Source: Acidobacteriota bacterium
GTDB taxonomy: Bacteria > Acidobacteriota > Terriglobia > 20CM-2-55-15
Length of the DNA: 42,670 nt
NCBI GenBank assembly: GCA_003223895.1
Contig: QHXD01000015.1
Span: 441 to 43,110 of the forward strand
Direction of reading: 5' to 3'
The notes under the pieces: model-generated
What the model saw: the letters and a program-made list of their open reading frames with translations, nothing else
What the model was told of the DNA's origin: nothing
Database searches by the model: none
In this document: one piece after another, positions 1 to 8,093 of the stretch
Layout: each line of letters starts with the position of its first letter
Position numbering within the stretch: the stretch's first letter is position 1
Position numbers and translations under genes: made by a program

Positions 1-33
1 CCCTCCTCTCCGAGGAGGGGAACACCCTTCCCT
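1..33. repeat. Window-edge partial copy of the CCCCTCC-loop-GGAGGGG-AACACCCT palindromic repeat family
   Basis: ccctcct-ctccg-aggagggg-aacaccct at 1-28 matches cccctcct-gttcc-aggagggg-aacaccct at 6086-6114 except in the hairpin loop. Confidence 0.5.
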
Positions 34-80
34 GCAATTCATTCACACCTTCGTAGCGCGCCACTACAGCGCGAGGACGC

Positions 81-1160
81 ATGTCGATTGCGATTATCAC
101 AGGTTCGGCAGGACTGATAGGCAGCGAGGCGGCCTCGTTTCTACACGAAAAGGGAATGAGCATTGTCGGCATCGACAATGATCTTCGAAGTTATTTCTTC
201 GGAACCGAAGCGGCCACCACATGGAAAGCCGAAGAACTGAAAAGCCGGCTTCGCAATTACAGGCATTGGTCGATAGACATACGAGACAGCGGGAAGATCT
301 TCCAGTTGTTCGAGGATCTGGGACGCGATATCTCGCTGATCGTTCATGCCGCTGCGCAACCAAGTCACGACTGGGCTGCCAGGGAGCCATTCACGGACTT
401 CACCGTGAATGCAAATGGAACCCTCGTGATGCTGGAGGCCACACGCCGCTACTGCCCTGACGCTGTTTTCATCTTTACATCGACGAACAAGGTCTATGGC
501 GACAGGCCGAACAGCCTGCCTCTGGTCGAAATGGATACGCGATGGGAGATCGACTCCAATCATGCCTACTTCAACGGCATCGACGAAAACATGCCCATCG
601 ACGGTTCCATGCACAGCCTGTTTGGAGTCAGCAAAGCGGCAGCCGATCTCATGGCGCAGGAATACGGGCGATACTTCGGTTTGAAGACCGGAATATTCCG
701 CGGCGGATGCCTCACGGGTCCTGCCCATTCGGCTGCAGAGCTTCATGGTTTCCTGGCCTACCTCGTCAAATGCGCGATGAATGGCTCGCCTTACACAATT
801 TTTGGTTACAAAGGCAAACAGGTGAGGGACAACATTCACTCGTTTGACCTCGTGAATGCCTTCTGGCACTTTTATCGGAACCCCCGATGCGGTGAGGTGT
901 ATAACATGGGCGGGTCCAGGCGCAGCAACTGCTCGACGCTGGAGGCAATCGGTCTCATCGAAGAGATATCGGGGAAGAGCATCCGTTTCTCGATTTCCGA
1001 CAAAGCCCGCATGGGAGATCACATCTGGTGGATCAGCGATGTCTCAAGGTTTCAACGGCACTATCCGGAATGGAACTTCGACTATGATCTTCAGGAAATG
1101 ATTGCGGAGATTGTCGACGTCACTTCACGACGCTCTAAGAAAGCTGCTCGGGGTGTTTGA
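81..1160 (+). CDS. NAD-dependent sugar epimerase/dehydratase (extended SDR, CDP-paratose 2-epimerase/Tyv-like)
   Basis: 359-aa ORF. It has an N-terminal Rossmann motif [10 protein letters not shown] and an STNKVYGD motif. The SK of the YxxxK motif is present, but the motif reads FGVSK. GAGGA lies just upstream of the ATG, and the stop is 1 nt before the next gene. Confidence 0.85.
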   Translation: MSIAIITGSAGLIGSEAASFLHEKGMSIVGIDNDLRSYFFGTEAATTWKAEELKSRLRNYRHWSIDIRDSGKIFQLFEDLGRDISLIVHAAAQPSHDWAAREPFTDFTVNANGTLVMLEATRRYCPDAVFIFTSTNKVYGDRPNSLPLVEMDTRWEIDSNHAYFNGIDENMPIDGSMHSLFGVSKAAADLMAQEYGRYFGLKTGIFRGGCLTGPAHSAAELHGFLAYLVKCAMNGSPYTIFGYKGKQVRDNIHSFDLVNAFWHFYRNPRCGEVYNMGGSRRSNCSTLEAIGLIEEISGKSIRFSISDKARMGDHIWWISDVSRFQRHYPEWNFDYDLQEMIAEIVDVTSRRSKKAARGV

Positions 1161-1161
1161 C

Positions 1162-1932
1162 ATGAAGCTCTCCATTGTCATCCCGGCACACAACGAGTCC
1201 GTCGATATTGAGTTCACCGTACTTCATCTCCATGAGCGCCTGGCCACCGAGCAGATCGATCACGAAATTCTCGTCGTTAATGACCATTCGACGGATGGAA
1301 CAGAGGAAATCCTGGCTGGATTGTGCCGCCGGCTGCCTGCGGTTCGTTGCCTGAACAATCCTTATTCACCGGGTTTCGGGTTGGCTGTTCGCTGGGGACT
1401 GGAGAATTTCACGGGCGACGCGGTCGCCATTTACATGGGCGACGCGTCGGACCGGCCTGAGGATGTGGCCGCCTTCTTTCGAACAATGATCGAGGATGGA
1501 GTGGACTGCGTGTTCGGGTCGCGCTTCGTCGAGGGCGGGCGGGTGGTGGATTACCCCTACCCGAAGCTTGTTTTGAACCGAATCGTGAACCACGGGATCC
1601 GTCTGCTCTTCAATCTTCGCTACAACGATGTGACCAATGCGTTCAAGCTGTACCGGCGGCACGTCATCGCCGGTGTACAGCCAATCCTGAGTCACCATTT
1701 CAATCTCACCGTCGAGCTGCCGTTGAAAGCCATCATTCGCGGGTATACGTTTTCTGTCGTCCCGAATCACTGGATTAATCGGAAGACCGGCGAGTCGAAA
1801 TTGAAAATCAAGGAAATGGGGTCACGTTACCTGTTCATCATTCTGTATTGCTTCATTGAAAAGTGGCTCTCGCGCGGCGACTATGTCTCGAAGCGAGAAA
1901 AATTAAAGAGTCGAGGCGGCCAGCCCATTTGA
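1162..1932 (+). CDS. Family 2 glycosyltransferase (polyprenol-phosphate glycosyltransferase-like)
   Basis: The ORF-track start at 1102 is TTG and overlaps the upstream gene. The ATG at 1162 gives MKLSIVIPAHNES, a typical GT2 N-terminus. VVNDHSTDGT and GDASD motifs are present. Confidence 0.85.
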   Translation: MKLSIVIPAHNESVDIEFTVLHLHERLATEQIDHEILVVNDHSTDGTEEILAGLCRRLPAVRCLNNPYSPGFGLAVRWGLENFTGDAVAIYMGDASDRPEDVAAFFRTMIEDGVDCVFGSRFVEGGRVVDYPYPKLVLNRIVNHGIRLLFNLRYNDVTNAFKLYRRHVIAGVQPILSHHFNLTVELPLKAIIRGYTFSVVPNHWINRKTGESKLKIKEMGSRYLFIILYCFIEKWLSRGDYVSKREKLKSRGGQPI

Positions 1933-1957
1933 GTTTTGGAGCTCCCCACAGCGGACT

Positions 1958-2046
1958 CGTAGCCGTGGGCTTTATGCCCGCGTTCAAGTACCGCCAGAAG
2001 AATTCTTTAATTGTGTTTGAACGCGGGCATAAAGCCCACGGCTACG
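1958..2046. repeat. Perfect 30-bp inverted repeat (hairpin) between convergent genes; variant of the GCGGGC-TAAA-GCCCGC family; probable bidirectional terminator
   Basis: cgtagccgtgggctttatgcccgcgttcaa at 1958-1987 is the exact reverse complement of 2017-2046. The loop is 29 nt. The repeat lies between the stop at 1932 (+) and the stop at 2088 (-). Confidence 0.85.
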
Positions 2047-2087
2047 TGCAGACCGCCGATGTTTTCCTTTTGGGCGACAGGCCCTCG

Positions 2088-3110
2088 CTACGTCCCAAGT
2101 GTCAGGGCTCGAAGCGTGATTCTGTGTTTGCGGATTAAGTTCGTAAAATCACGGTCACTCAATCTGGCGAAGCGGCGGATCTTTCTTCGGGACCGCCACA
2201 TCTCCGGGAACAACTTCAACCCGGACCAATACGCCTTGAGGATCATCACGGCAAGCCGCGTGCGCGAGCATTCGGCGGCGTACTGACCCGAAGAACCAAC
2301 CAGGAAGAGCGACCCGTACGCGTGGTAGGCGAACCTGATCAGAGTAAAGACCGGCGACGCCAGCAGCAGCGACAGTGGAAATGTTTTTACCGCCACCCAG
2401 ATTCGATTGCGCTCAATTAGAAATGCCTTCAGTGGTGAGAACTCCCCGGCAGTCGCCGAATGCACGTGATAGACGACAGCGGTAGGAATGTACAAACACG
2501 TCCAGCCGGCAAGCCGCCCGCGAAGTCCCACATCGGCATCGTCGCCATAGGCGAAGAAATGCTCGTCAAAGAGGCCGATGACATCGAACATTTCGCGGCG
2601 ATACAGCGCGGCGGCGGCGTCGGGAAACAGGACTTCTTCGCGCCGCTCGAACTGGCCCCGATCCGGCTCGCCGGATCCACGGCCGTGATTCAACCCATCG
2701 GGATAAATCAAGTGGCCGGCTTTGTCGATGCGGTTCCGGTCGTCACGGAACAGGATCTTGCTGGCGCACATGCCCACGCCCGGGTTGGATTCGACTCCTT
2801 CGACGAGTTCCTCGAGCCATCGCGGCTCCGCCTCCGCGTCATTGTTCAATGTTGCGATGTAGCGGCCTTCCGCACGCGCAATGCCGGCATTGCATCCGCC
2901 GGCGAATCCCTTGTTGGAGGGCAGGACAACAATCTGCAGACGCGGCTGCCGTATCGACTGCAGGAATTCCAGTGAACCATCCGACGAAGCGTTGTCCACG
3001 ACGATGACTTCGAAGCCGGAAAACGTCTGCTTCCACAAGCTCTCGAGGCAACGGCCGAGAAGGTCCCGGCGATTGAGATTCACAATAACGACGGAAACCG
3101 CGGCGCTCAT
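2088..3110 (-). CDS. Family 2 glycosyltransferase (rhamnosyltransferase-like)
   Basis: 340-aa ORF with N-terminus VSVVIVNLNRRDLLGRCLESL...VIVVDNASSDGS and a later DDAD motif. There is a 4-nt overlap with the upstream methyltransferase stop. Confidence 0.85.
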   Translation of the reverse strand: MSAAVSVVIVNLNRRDLLGRCLESLWKQTFSGFEVIVVDNASSDGSLEFLQSIRQPRLQIVVLPSNKGFAGGCNAGIARAEGRYIATLNNDAEAEPRWLEELVEGVESNPGVGMCASKILFRDDRNRIDKAGHLIYPDGLNHGRGSGEPDRGQFERREEVLFPDAAAALYRREMFDVIGLFDEHFFAYGDDADVGLRGRLAGWTCLYIPTAVVYHVHSATAGEFSPLKAFLIERNRIWVAVKTFPLSLLLASPVFTLIRFAYHAYGSLFLVGSSGQYAAECSRTRLAVMILKAYWSGLKLFPEMWRSRRKIRRFARLSDRDFTNLIRKHRITLRALTLGT

Positions 3111-4057
3111 CTCCTTCGCGCCTCGATCATTATTGTGGCGCCATGACCAAACGCCGATTCGAGAATTGCCAGCGGGTAAGCGCCGATCACCAGCATCAGA
3201 TACAGCAGATGCCGCGACCAGGCTGCAGGCGCCGATTCGTGAACCTTGCGCCTGCGCTGCCGGACAGCACGGCTTACGGGATCCAGGGATGGCAGGAGGC
3301 TCGAGACGAGAGCCGGCGCGTTATCGCGCAGATTGAAGTGGCGCACACGCTGAACCGCGAATCCGGCGTCCGCGAGCAGCTTGAGGATTGCGTCTTTGGA
3401 GTAATCGATAACATGGCGCGGGATATCGAGCCCGTACCACTTCCCTCCCAAAACCTTGAACTGCCAGCTATCGATATTCGGGACTTGAAGCACGATGGCG
3501 CCCCCGGGCCGCAGGATCCGAAACACTTCCGCCAGCACTTCGCGCGGGTTGGTGACGTGCTCCATCACGTGAAACAGCGTCACGACGTCGAACGATTGAT
3601 CCGGGAAACGAGCCTCGCCGAGCGATCCGGCAACAACCTGTACGCCATTCTCCACTTCAGCCACCCTGGCGGCTTCGGGAGAAAAATCCACACCCATGAC
3701 TCGAAACCCGCGTTGCTTGAGCAGTCCGAGCAAGGTGCCGCTGCCACAGCCCACATCAAGCAAATCGACTCCCGTCCTGTTGGCCGCTTTTGTGATGAAT
3801 GAAACGTGATCGCGAAGAGCAATCCGCCGGTAAATCGATTCGAGAGTTTTCAGCGTGCCGCGCCCGGCGGTGTTCCACCAGTATTGAGTGGGGTAGAAAC
3901 CGGCGATCTCGTCATTACCCGGCATTGGATTCAGGAAAAGGCAGCGGCAGGCCGGGCACAAATCCAGAGTGAACGTTCGCGATGTCGTCTCGAAAAGTAG
4001 ATCGGTTCCGGTAATCGCCGGAGCCGTCGCTGGATTCAGGCACACCGGACAGTTCAT
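3107..4057 (-). CDS. Class I SAM-dependent methyltransferase with N-terminal Cys4 zinc ribbon
   Basis: It has a DVGCGSGTL SAM-binding motif and CPVC...CPAC near the N-terminus. I chose the start at 4057 (MNCPVC) because it forms an ATGA overlap with the stop of the upstream gene at 4054; the longest ORF start is 4114. Confidence 0.8.
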   Translation of the reverse strand: MNCPVCLNPATAPAITGTDLLFETTSRTFTLDLCPACRCLFLNPMPGNDEIAGFYPTQYWWNTAGRGTLKTLESIYRRIALRDHVSFITKAANRTGVDLLDVGCGSGTLLGLLKQRGFRVMGVDFSPEAARVAEVENGVQVVAGSLGEARFPDQSFDVVTLFHVMEHVTNPREVLAEVFRILRPGGAIVLQVPNIDSWQFKVLGGKWYGLDIPRHVIDYSKDAILKLLADAGFAVQRVRHFNLRDNAPALVSSLLPSLDPVSRAVRQRRRKVHESAPAAWSRHLLYLMLVIGAYPLAILESAFGHGATIMIEARRR

Positions 4058-5805
4058 TGAAGCGAATAAGTAACGATAAGGCGAATGCTCCGATTGCCCG
4101 GTTTGAACGACCACTTCTTGACGGCGGTTAGCGTAGCGGCATCCATCTCCGGCACCTGCGAACTTGCGATCACCGCGGTCTTCACTTTGCCGTCGGGGCC
4201 GACGTCCACGCGCAGGGCAATATTGCCGGCGGCGCGCTTGCTGCGCAGAGCCTCGGGATAATCGGGATAGATCGCCTCGAGAACCTCAATGGCGGCCCGC
4301 GCCTGGATCTGGTAGCTGATACTTCCAGTTGGGACCGGCGGCGGAGGTGGCGCAGGCTTTGGCGGAGGCGGGTCCCGGAGAACGGCCTTTTCGGCGACTT
4401 CCTTTCGGATCTCCGTCAGTTCCCGCTCGTCGATCTGCCGGCGGGCGTTTTCGATCTTTTTGCGAAGCTCCGATACCTTGAGGAGGTAACGCTCCACGGA
4501 AGATCTATCGGTGTGCGGCAGAGCCGAGGCCAGGTTGATGTCACGAAACGCCGGGTCGAATCGACCCAGCGCAAGATCTACGTCCCCGCGAATCGCATAG
4601 AACTGATCGCCGAATTCCGGCTCAAGGTCCAGCGCTCGCGCGATCATCGGAAGCGCCTTCTCGGCCTGTCCGTTGAGCGTATAGACGCGCGCCAGCTCGG
4701 CGCAGGCGCGGCCCATCAGCGGCAGCAACTGGACGGCGCGTTCGAGCGCAACAACCTGCGACTGAATGTCTTTTTTGTCCTGCGTCTGCATTGCGCCGAA
4801 GTGGTACTGCGCAAGACCGTTGTCCGGAGTTTCCCGCGCAACGCGATCGAGCAGACGGATTGCCTCCAGCGGCGGACGGGAGAATCGAGCGACGATCGCA
4901 CGCGCCACACGCGCGTCTTTCGAGTCCCCGTTATACAGGCGCCCGGCGTCCGACTCGCGGCCGGTAGCGACCAGAACGTCTCCCCGATGGACGTTTAGTC
5001 TGGCGACATCTGCCTCAATCGACTGGATCGCGGGAGCCGTTGGGGGCGCCTTCACCACCGTCTCGACGTAGTCTTTCAATCTGGAGTCGATGGCTTCGGC
5101 GTCGATCGGCATCCGCGGAACGTCTTCCGACTCGGTTCGCAGCGCCTGCATGTATTGCTTCAGGGCATCCGGACGTTCATCGAGCAAAATCCGAAGAAGG
5201 CGATAGGCCTGCACACGAAACGCACCGCCGGGCTCGCTGTCGTTGTAATTCTGGCTCCGCACGATCGTGATCAGTTCGACTGCGGAGAATCCTTCATCGT
5301 CAGGAACCTTCTTCGTGTCCGGCCCACGGCCGACCTTCCTGACGTACTCAGCCGCGCCTTCGGCCAGCCAGAACGGCCGCCACAAGACGTACCTTTCGAA
5401 CAGCGCGTGTCCCAGCGCATGGCCCACGTCGTTTGCGATATCGTCGGGCGATTTGTCCTTGGCGACGATGAACAACCGGTCCGGCCCATGGAGCAGATAT
5501 GCAGACTTGATGCTGACCACTTCCTGGCCCTGCGTGCGCGGCAGGGTCTCGACGTAATCCGGTTCGTTCTTGAAGAGAAAGATCTCGATCGGGAACTGCC
5601 GTGGCGGAACCTTGCCAAAGACCTGAGAGAAAGCCGACACCCGGTTTTCGAAATCCACCAGCAGCCTGCGGCCCTTCGCTTCCCCTGCGTCCGTGAAAAG
5701 GAGGAAATGCTCGGAGGAAAGCTCGAACCACTTTTCGTCTTTGGCCAGGAGCAGGGCCTGGCCCAGGATCAAGAGCAGTCCGACCAGGATTGCGCGGTGT
5801 CGCAT
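4054..5805 (-). CDS. Secreted multidomain protein: peptidase-MA-like/DUF1570-like N-domain, TPR-like region, Pro-rich linker, TonB C-terminal domain
   Basis: 583-aa ORF. It has a signal-like N-terminus MRHRAILVGLLLILGQALLLA, a GHALGHALFERY segment, a PPPPKPAPPPPPVP linker, and a C-terminal YPDYPEALRSKRAAGNIALRVDVGPDGKV...KKWSFKPG typical of TonB_C. Confidence 0.7.
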   Translation of the reverse strand: MRHRAILVGLLLILGQALLLAKDEKWFELSSEHFLLFTDAGEAKGRRLLVDFENRVSAFSQVFGKVPPRQFPIEIFLFKNEPDYVETLPRTQGQEVVSIKSAYLLHGPDRLFIVAKDKSPDDIANDVGHALGHALFERYVLWRPFWLAEGAAEYVRKVGRGPDTKKVPDDEGFSAVELITIVRSQNYNDSEPGGAFRVQAYRLLRILLDERPDALKQYMQALRTESEDVPRMPIDAEAIDSRLKDYVETVVKAPPTAPAIQSIEADVARLNVHRGDVLVATGRESDAGRLYNGDSKDARVARAIVARFSRPPLEAIRLLDRVARETPDNGLAQYHFGAMQTQDKKDIQSQVVALERAVQLLPLMGRACAELARVYTLNGQAEKALPMIARALDLEPEFGDQFYAIRGDVDLALGRFDPAFRDINLASALPHTDRSSVERYLLKVSELRKKIENARRQIDERELTEIRKEVAEKAVLRDPPPPKPAPPPPPVPTGSISYQIQARAAIEVLEAIYPDYPEALRSKRAAGNIALRVDVGPDGKVKTAVIASSQVPEMDAATLTAVKKWSFKPGNRSIRLIVTYSLQ

Positions 5806-5834
5806 GCTCCGATTATAGCGGATTGCGTGAAGTT

Positions 5835-6178
5835 GGAATTAAACACAAAGACATAAATCTGTAAGTTTTAGTTTTTTTGACAAAGTCTTTCGTGGGTCAA
5901 GGAAGATCGTGAGGCGAGGGTCTTCCCCTCCTGGAACAGGAGGGGTGGCTGCGCCATAAAGAAAAAGATCCCGTTCCGACGCGGCGCAGACGGGGTGGTC
6001 GCTCACACGAAATGTTTCGCCGAACTGACCACCCCGGCCGCGCCTTCAAAGGAGGCTTCGCGGCATTTTCTTGATGGCGCGTCCACCCCTCCTGTTCCAG
6101 GAGGGGAACACCCTCGCCTGATGCCCATCTCAGAAATTTGGTTGCGGTTCTGCCGCGCTAGTCTTTGTGTTTAGTTCC
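5835..6178. repeat. Composite nested-palindrome element filling the intergenic gap (MITE-like, no ORF)
   Basis: The outer 18-bp inverted repeat is ggaattaaacacaaagac at 5835-5852 against gtctttgtgtttagttcc at 6161-6178 (17/18). It encloses the 206-nt palindrome at 5913-6118. Confidence 0.5.
5913..6118. repeat. Long imperfect palindrome (rod-like hairpin) of the CCCCTCC...GGAGGGG family
   Basis: The 45-nt arms at 5913-5957 and 6074-6118 are reverse complements with 3 mismatches. The pairing continues inward (aagaaaa/ttttctt). The inner stem is cggggtggtc at 5991-6000 against gaccaccccg at 6027-6036. Each arm also contains its own 7-bp hairpin, cccctcc-N7-ggagggg. Confidence 0.85.
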
Positions 6179-6179
6179 G

Positions 6180-6515
6180 TCATTTTTCGGCCCGGTAGTG
6201 GATAACCCGGACTTTCTCGAGCGTCACAAGGCCTTCGAGCACCATGGTGTCGAGCGTGGGAAGAAAGGCTTCGATCTTTTCAAGGCTATCCACGATCTCG
6301 ATGACCATTGGCAGATCTTCCGATAAACGCAGGATCTTGGCGGTATGCAGAACACTGCGCTTCCCAAAACCCATCAAACCGCGGAGTACGGTGGCTCCGG
6401 CCATGCCCGCTTCCCTGGCTTTCAAAACGATGGCCTCGTAAAGCGGAATGTGGCCCTGCTTGTCGCTCTCTCCGACAAAAACTCTTAGCAGATAACCCTC
6501 TTCAGGAATCTTCAT
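6180..6515 (-). CDS. DUF190 domain protein (commonly partnered with CrcB)
   Basis: The ATG at 6515 gives MKIPEEGYLLRVFVGESDK...GATVLRGLMGFG, typical of DUF190. The longest ORF (to 6740) would overlap crcB and is rejected. The gene starts 8 nt after the crcB stop. Confidence 0.8.
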   Translation of the reverse strand: MKIPEEGYLLRVFVGESDKQGHIPLYEAIVLKAREAGMAGATVLRGLMGFGKRSVLHTAKILRLSEDLPMVIEIVDSLEKIEAFLPTLDTMVLEGLVTLEKVRVIHYRAEK

Positions 6516-6522
6516 GACGACC

Positions 6523-6897
6523 TCACAAGGACTTCGAAACGGCGTACCCGATCCAAACCAAAAGGAGACCTGCGACGTTGGACACGAGAACGTTGACGCC
6601 CGCGAGAAAGATCTCTCCGTCCCGCAGAAGGTTGAACGTCTGAACTCCGAACGATGAAAAAGTCGTGAACCCCCCCAGAAAGCCAATGAGAACTGCCGAT
6701 CGCAGGACAGGATCGACCAGGTATTTCTCTTCGGTGGCATGAAACAAAAAACCGATGAGGAGGCAGCCGACTAAATTCACAATCAAGGTGCCAATCGGAA
6801 ACGAGGCCCCCCACCGCTCATCTGCCCATCCGGACAGCCAGTATCGTCCCAGAGTCCCTAGCAGACCGGCTACCCCAATGAAAAGAATTTTGTTCAT
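6523..6897 (-). CDS. crcB: Fluoride ion channel CrcB/FluC
   Basis: 124-aa, four-TM-like small membrane protein with GTLGRYWLS and GFLGGFTTFSSF motifs characteristic of CrcB. AAGGAG lies upstream of the ATG. Confidence 0.9.
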   Translation of the reverse strand: MNKILFIGVAGLLGTLGRYWLSGWADERWGASFPIGTLIVNLVGCLLIGFLFHATEEKYLVDPVLRSAVLIGFLGGFTTFSSFGVQTFNLLRDGEIFLAGVNVLVSNVAGLLLVWIGYAVSKSL

Positions 6898-7019
6898 GAA
6901 TGCGCTCCTTTTATCGATGGCTGCGCCCTATCGGGCTTGCATTCGCAGCCGCTCATTGCGGACCACGTTAGATTATTAGGCCTCCAATTCGAATCATTCG
7001 TGTTCTAATTGCCGGATAT

Positions 7020-8003
7020 ATGACGCCGAGCGAAATTCTCCGCGCATGGCAACGCATCCTGGCGGGACGCCCCCCCTCCTTGTCGATTGAGCTGACGAAA
7101 GAGTGCCCTCTGCAGTGCCCCGGATGTTACGCCTATGGCGACGAACATCTTGGCGGAGGGATCGTACTCAATCAGGTTAGCGATTTCAAAGGCCGGGAGC
7201 TTGTGGACCGGTTCATGCAACTCGTGGATCGTCACCAACCCTTGCACGTTTCTATTGTCGGCGGCGAGCCGCTTGTCCGGTTCCGCGAGCTGAATGAGAT
7301 TTTGCCGCAGCTGAACTCGCGACGGATTCGTACGCAGCTCGTCACGAGTGCCGTACGGCCGATTCCGGTCGAATGGGCGGAGTATAAGGAGCTGAAAGTT
7401 GTGGTCTCGATCGACGGCCTGCCGGCCGAACACGATGTTCGCCGCAAACCCGCCACGTACGAGCGCATTCTGAAAAATATCGAGGGTCACTCGATCACCG
7501 TCCACTGTACGGTGACCCGGCAAATGACCGAACGGCCAGGGTACCTGCGCGAGTTCCTGGATTTCTGGTGCGGCCGCAGCGGAACGCACCAGGTGTGGGT
7601 CAGCCTCTACACGCCGCAGATCGGCGAGACGAGCTACGAGATTATTCCGCCTTCTGCCCGCAAGCAGATAGTGTGCGACCTGTTGGAACTTCGCCAGAGC
7701 CATCCGAAACTCACGATGACGAAGGGCACGATTGAAGGCTTCCTGATCACGCCTTCAAGCCCGGACCTTTGCGTCTTCGCCAAGACCACACGATCGATGA
7801 CTGCAGATCTCAAGACCCAGCTAAGCCCCTGCCAGTTCGGCGGCAATCCGGACTGCTCGCAGTGCGGCTGCATCGCGTCGGCCGGCCTGAACTCGCTGAC
7901 CCGGGTGAAGCTGCCCGGCGGAGTTCCTCTCGGCTGGGTTTACGATGCTTCCATTAAAGTCGGAAGCGTTGTGGCCGCCATGCGCGGTGAGAACGCGGGC
8001 TAA
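7020..8003 (+). CDS. Radical SAM protein of unknown function with C-terminal Cys cluster
   Basis: CPLQCPGC (CX3CX2C) lies near the N-terminus and CQFGGNPDCSQCGC near the C-terminus. The gene is divergent from crcB. Its last codons and TAA stop lie inside the repeat at 7991-8019. Confidence 0.8.
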   Translation: MTPSEILRAWQRILAGRPPSLSIELTKECPLQCPGCYAYGDEHLGGGIVLNQVSDFKGRELVDRFMQLVDRHQPLHVSIVGGEPLVRFRELNEILPQLNSRRIRTQLVTSAVRPIPVEWAEYKELKVVVSIDGLPAEHDVRRKPATYERILKNIEGHSITVHCTVTRQMTERPGYLREFLDFWCGRSGTHQVWVSLYTPQIGETSYEIIPPSARKQIVCDLLELRQSHPKLTMTKGTIEGFLITPSSPDLCVFAKTTRSMTADLKTQLSPCQFGGNPDCSQCGCIASAGLNSLTRVKLPGGVPLGWVYDASIKVGSVVAAMRGENAG

Positions 8004-8089
8004 AGCCCGCGACTACATTTTGGGATCATGATCGGCATTTTGGGATCAATGTTCGTCCCCAATGTAGTCGCGGGCTTTAGCCCGCGTTC
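7991..8089. repeat. Perfect 29-bp inverted repeat (GAACGCGGGCTAAAGCCCGCGACTACATT family) between convergent genes; probable bidirectional terminator
   Basis: 7991-8019 is the exact reverse complement of 8061-8089. The loop carries a direct duplication of cattttgggatca (8016-8028 and 8036-8048). The arms are identical to those at 10427-10502. Confidence 0.9.
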
Positions 8090-8093
8090 GTTC

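Noticed and set aside
5828-5841. 14-nt identity, tgaagttggaatta, shared with 14187-14200
   Set aside because: A few 14-mer coincidences are expected by chance in a 42.7-kb window, and the flanks show no extended similarity.
6516-6740. N-terminal extension of the DUF190 ORF (186-aa version)
   Set aside because: The extension overlaps the crcB coding region in another frame. The DUF190 homology starts at the ATG at 6515, directly after the crcB stop.
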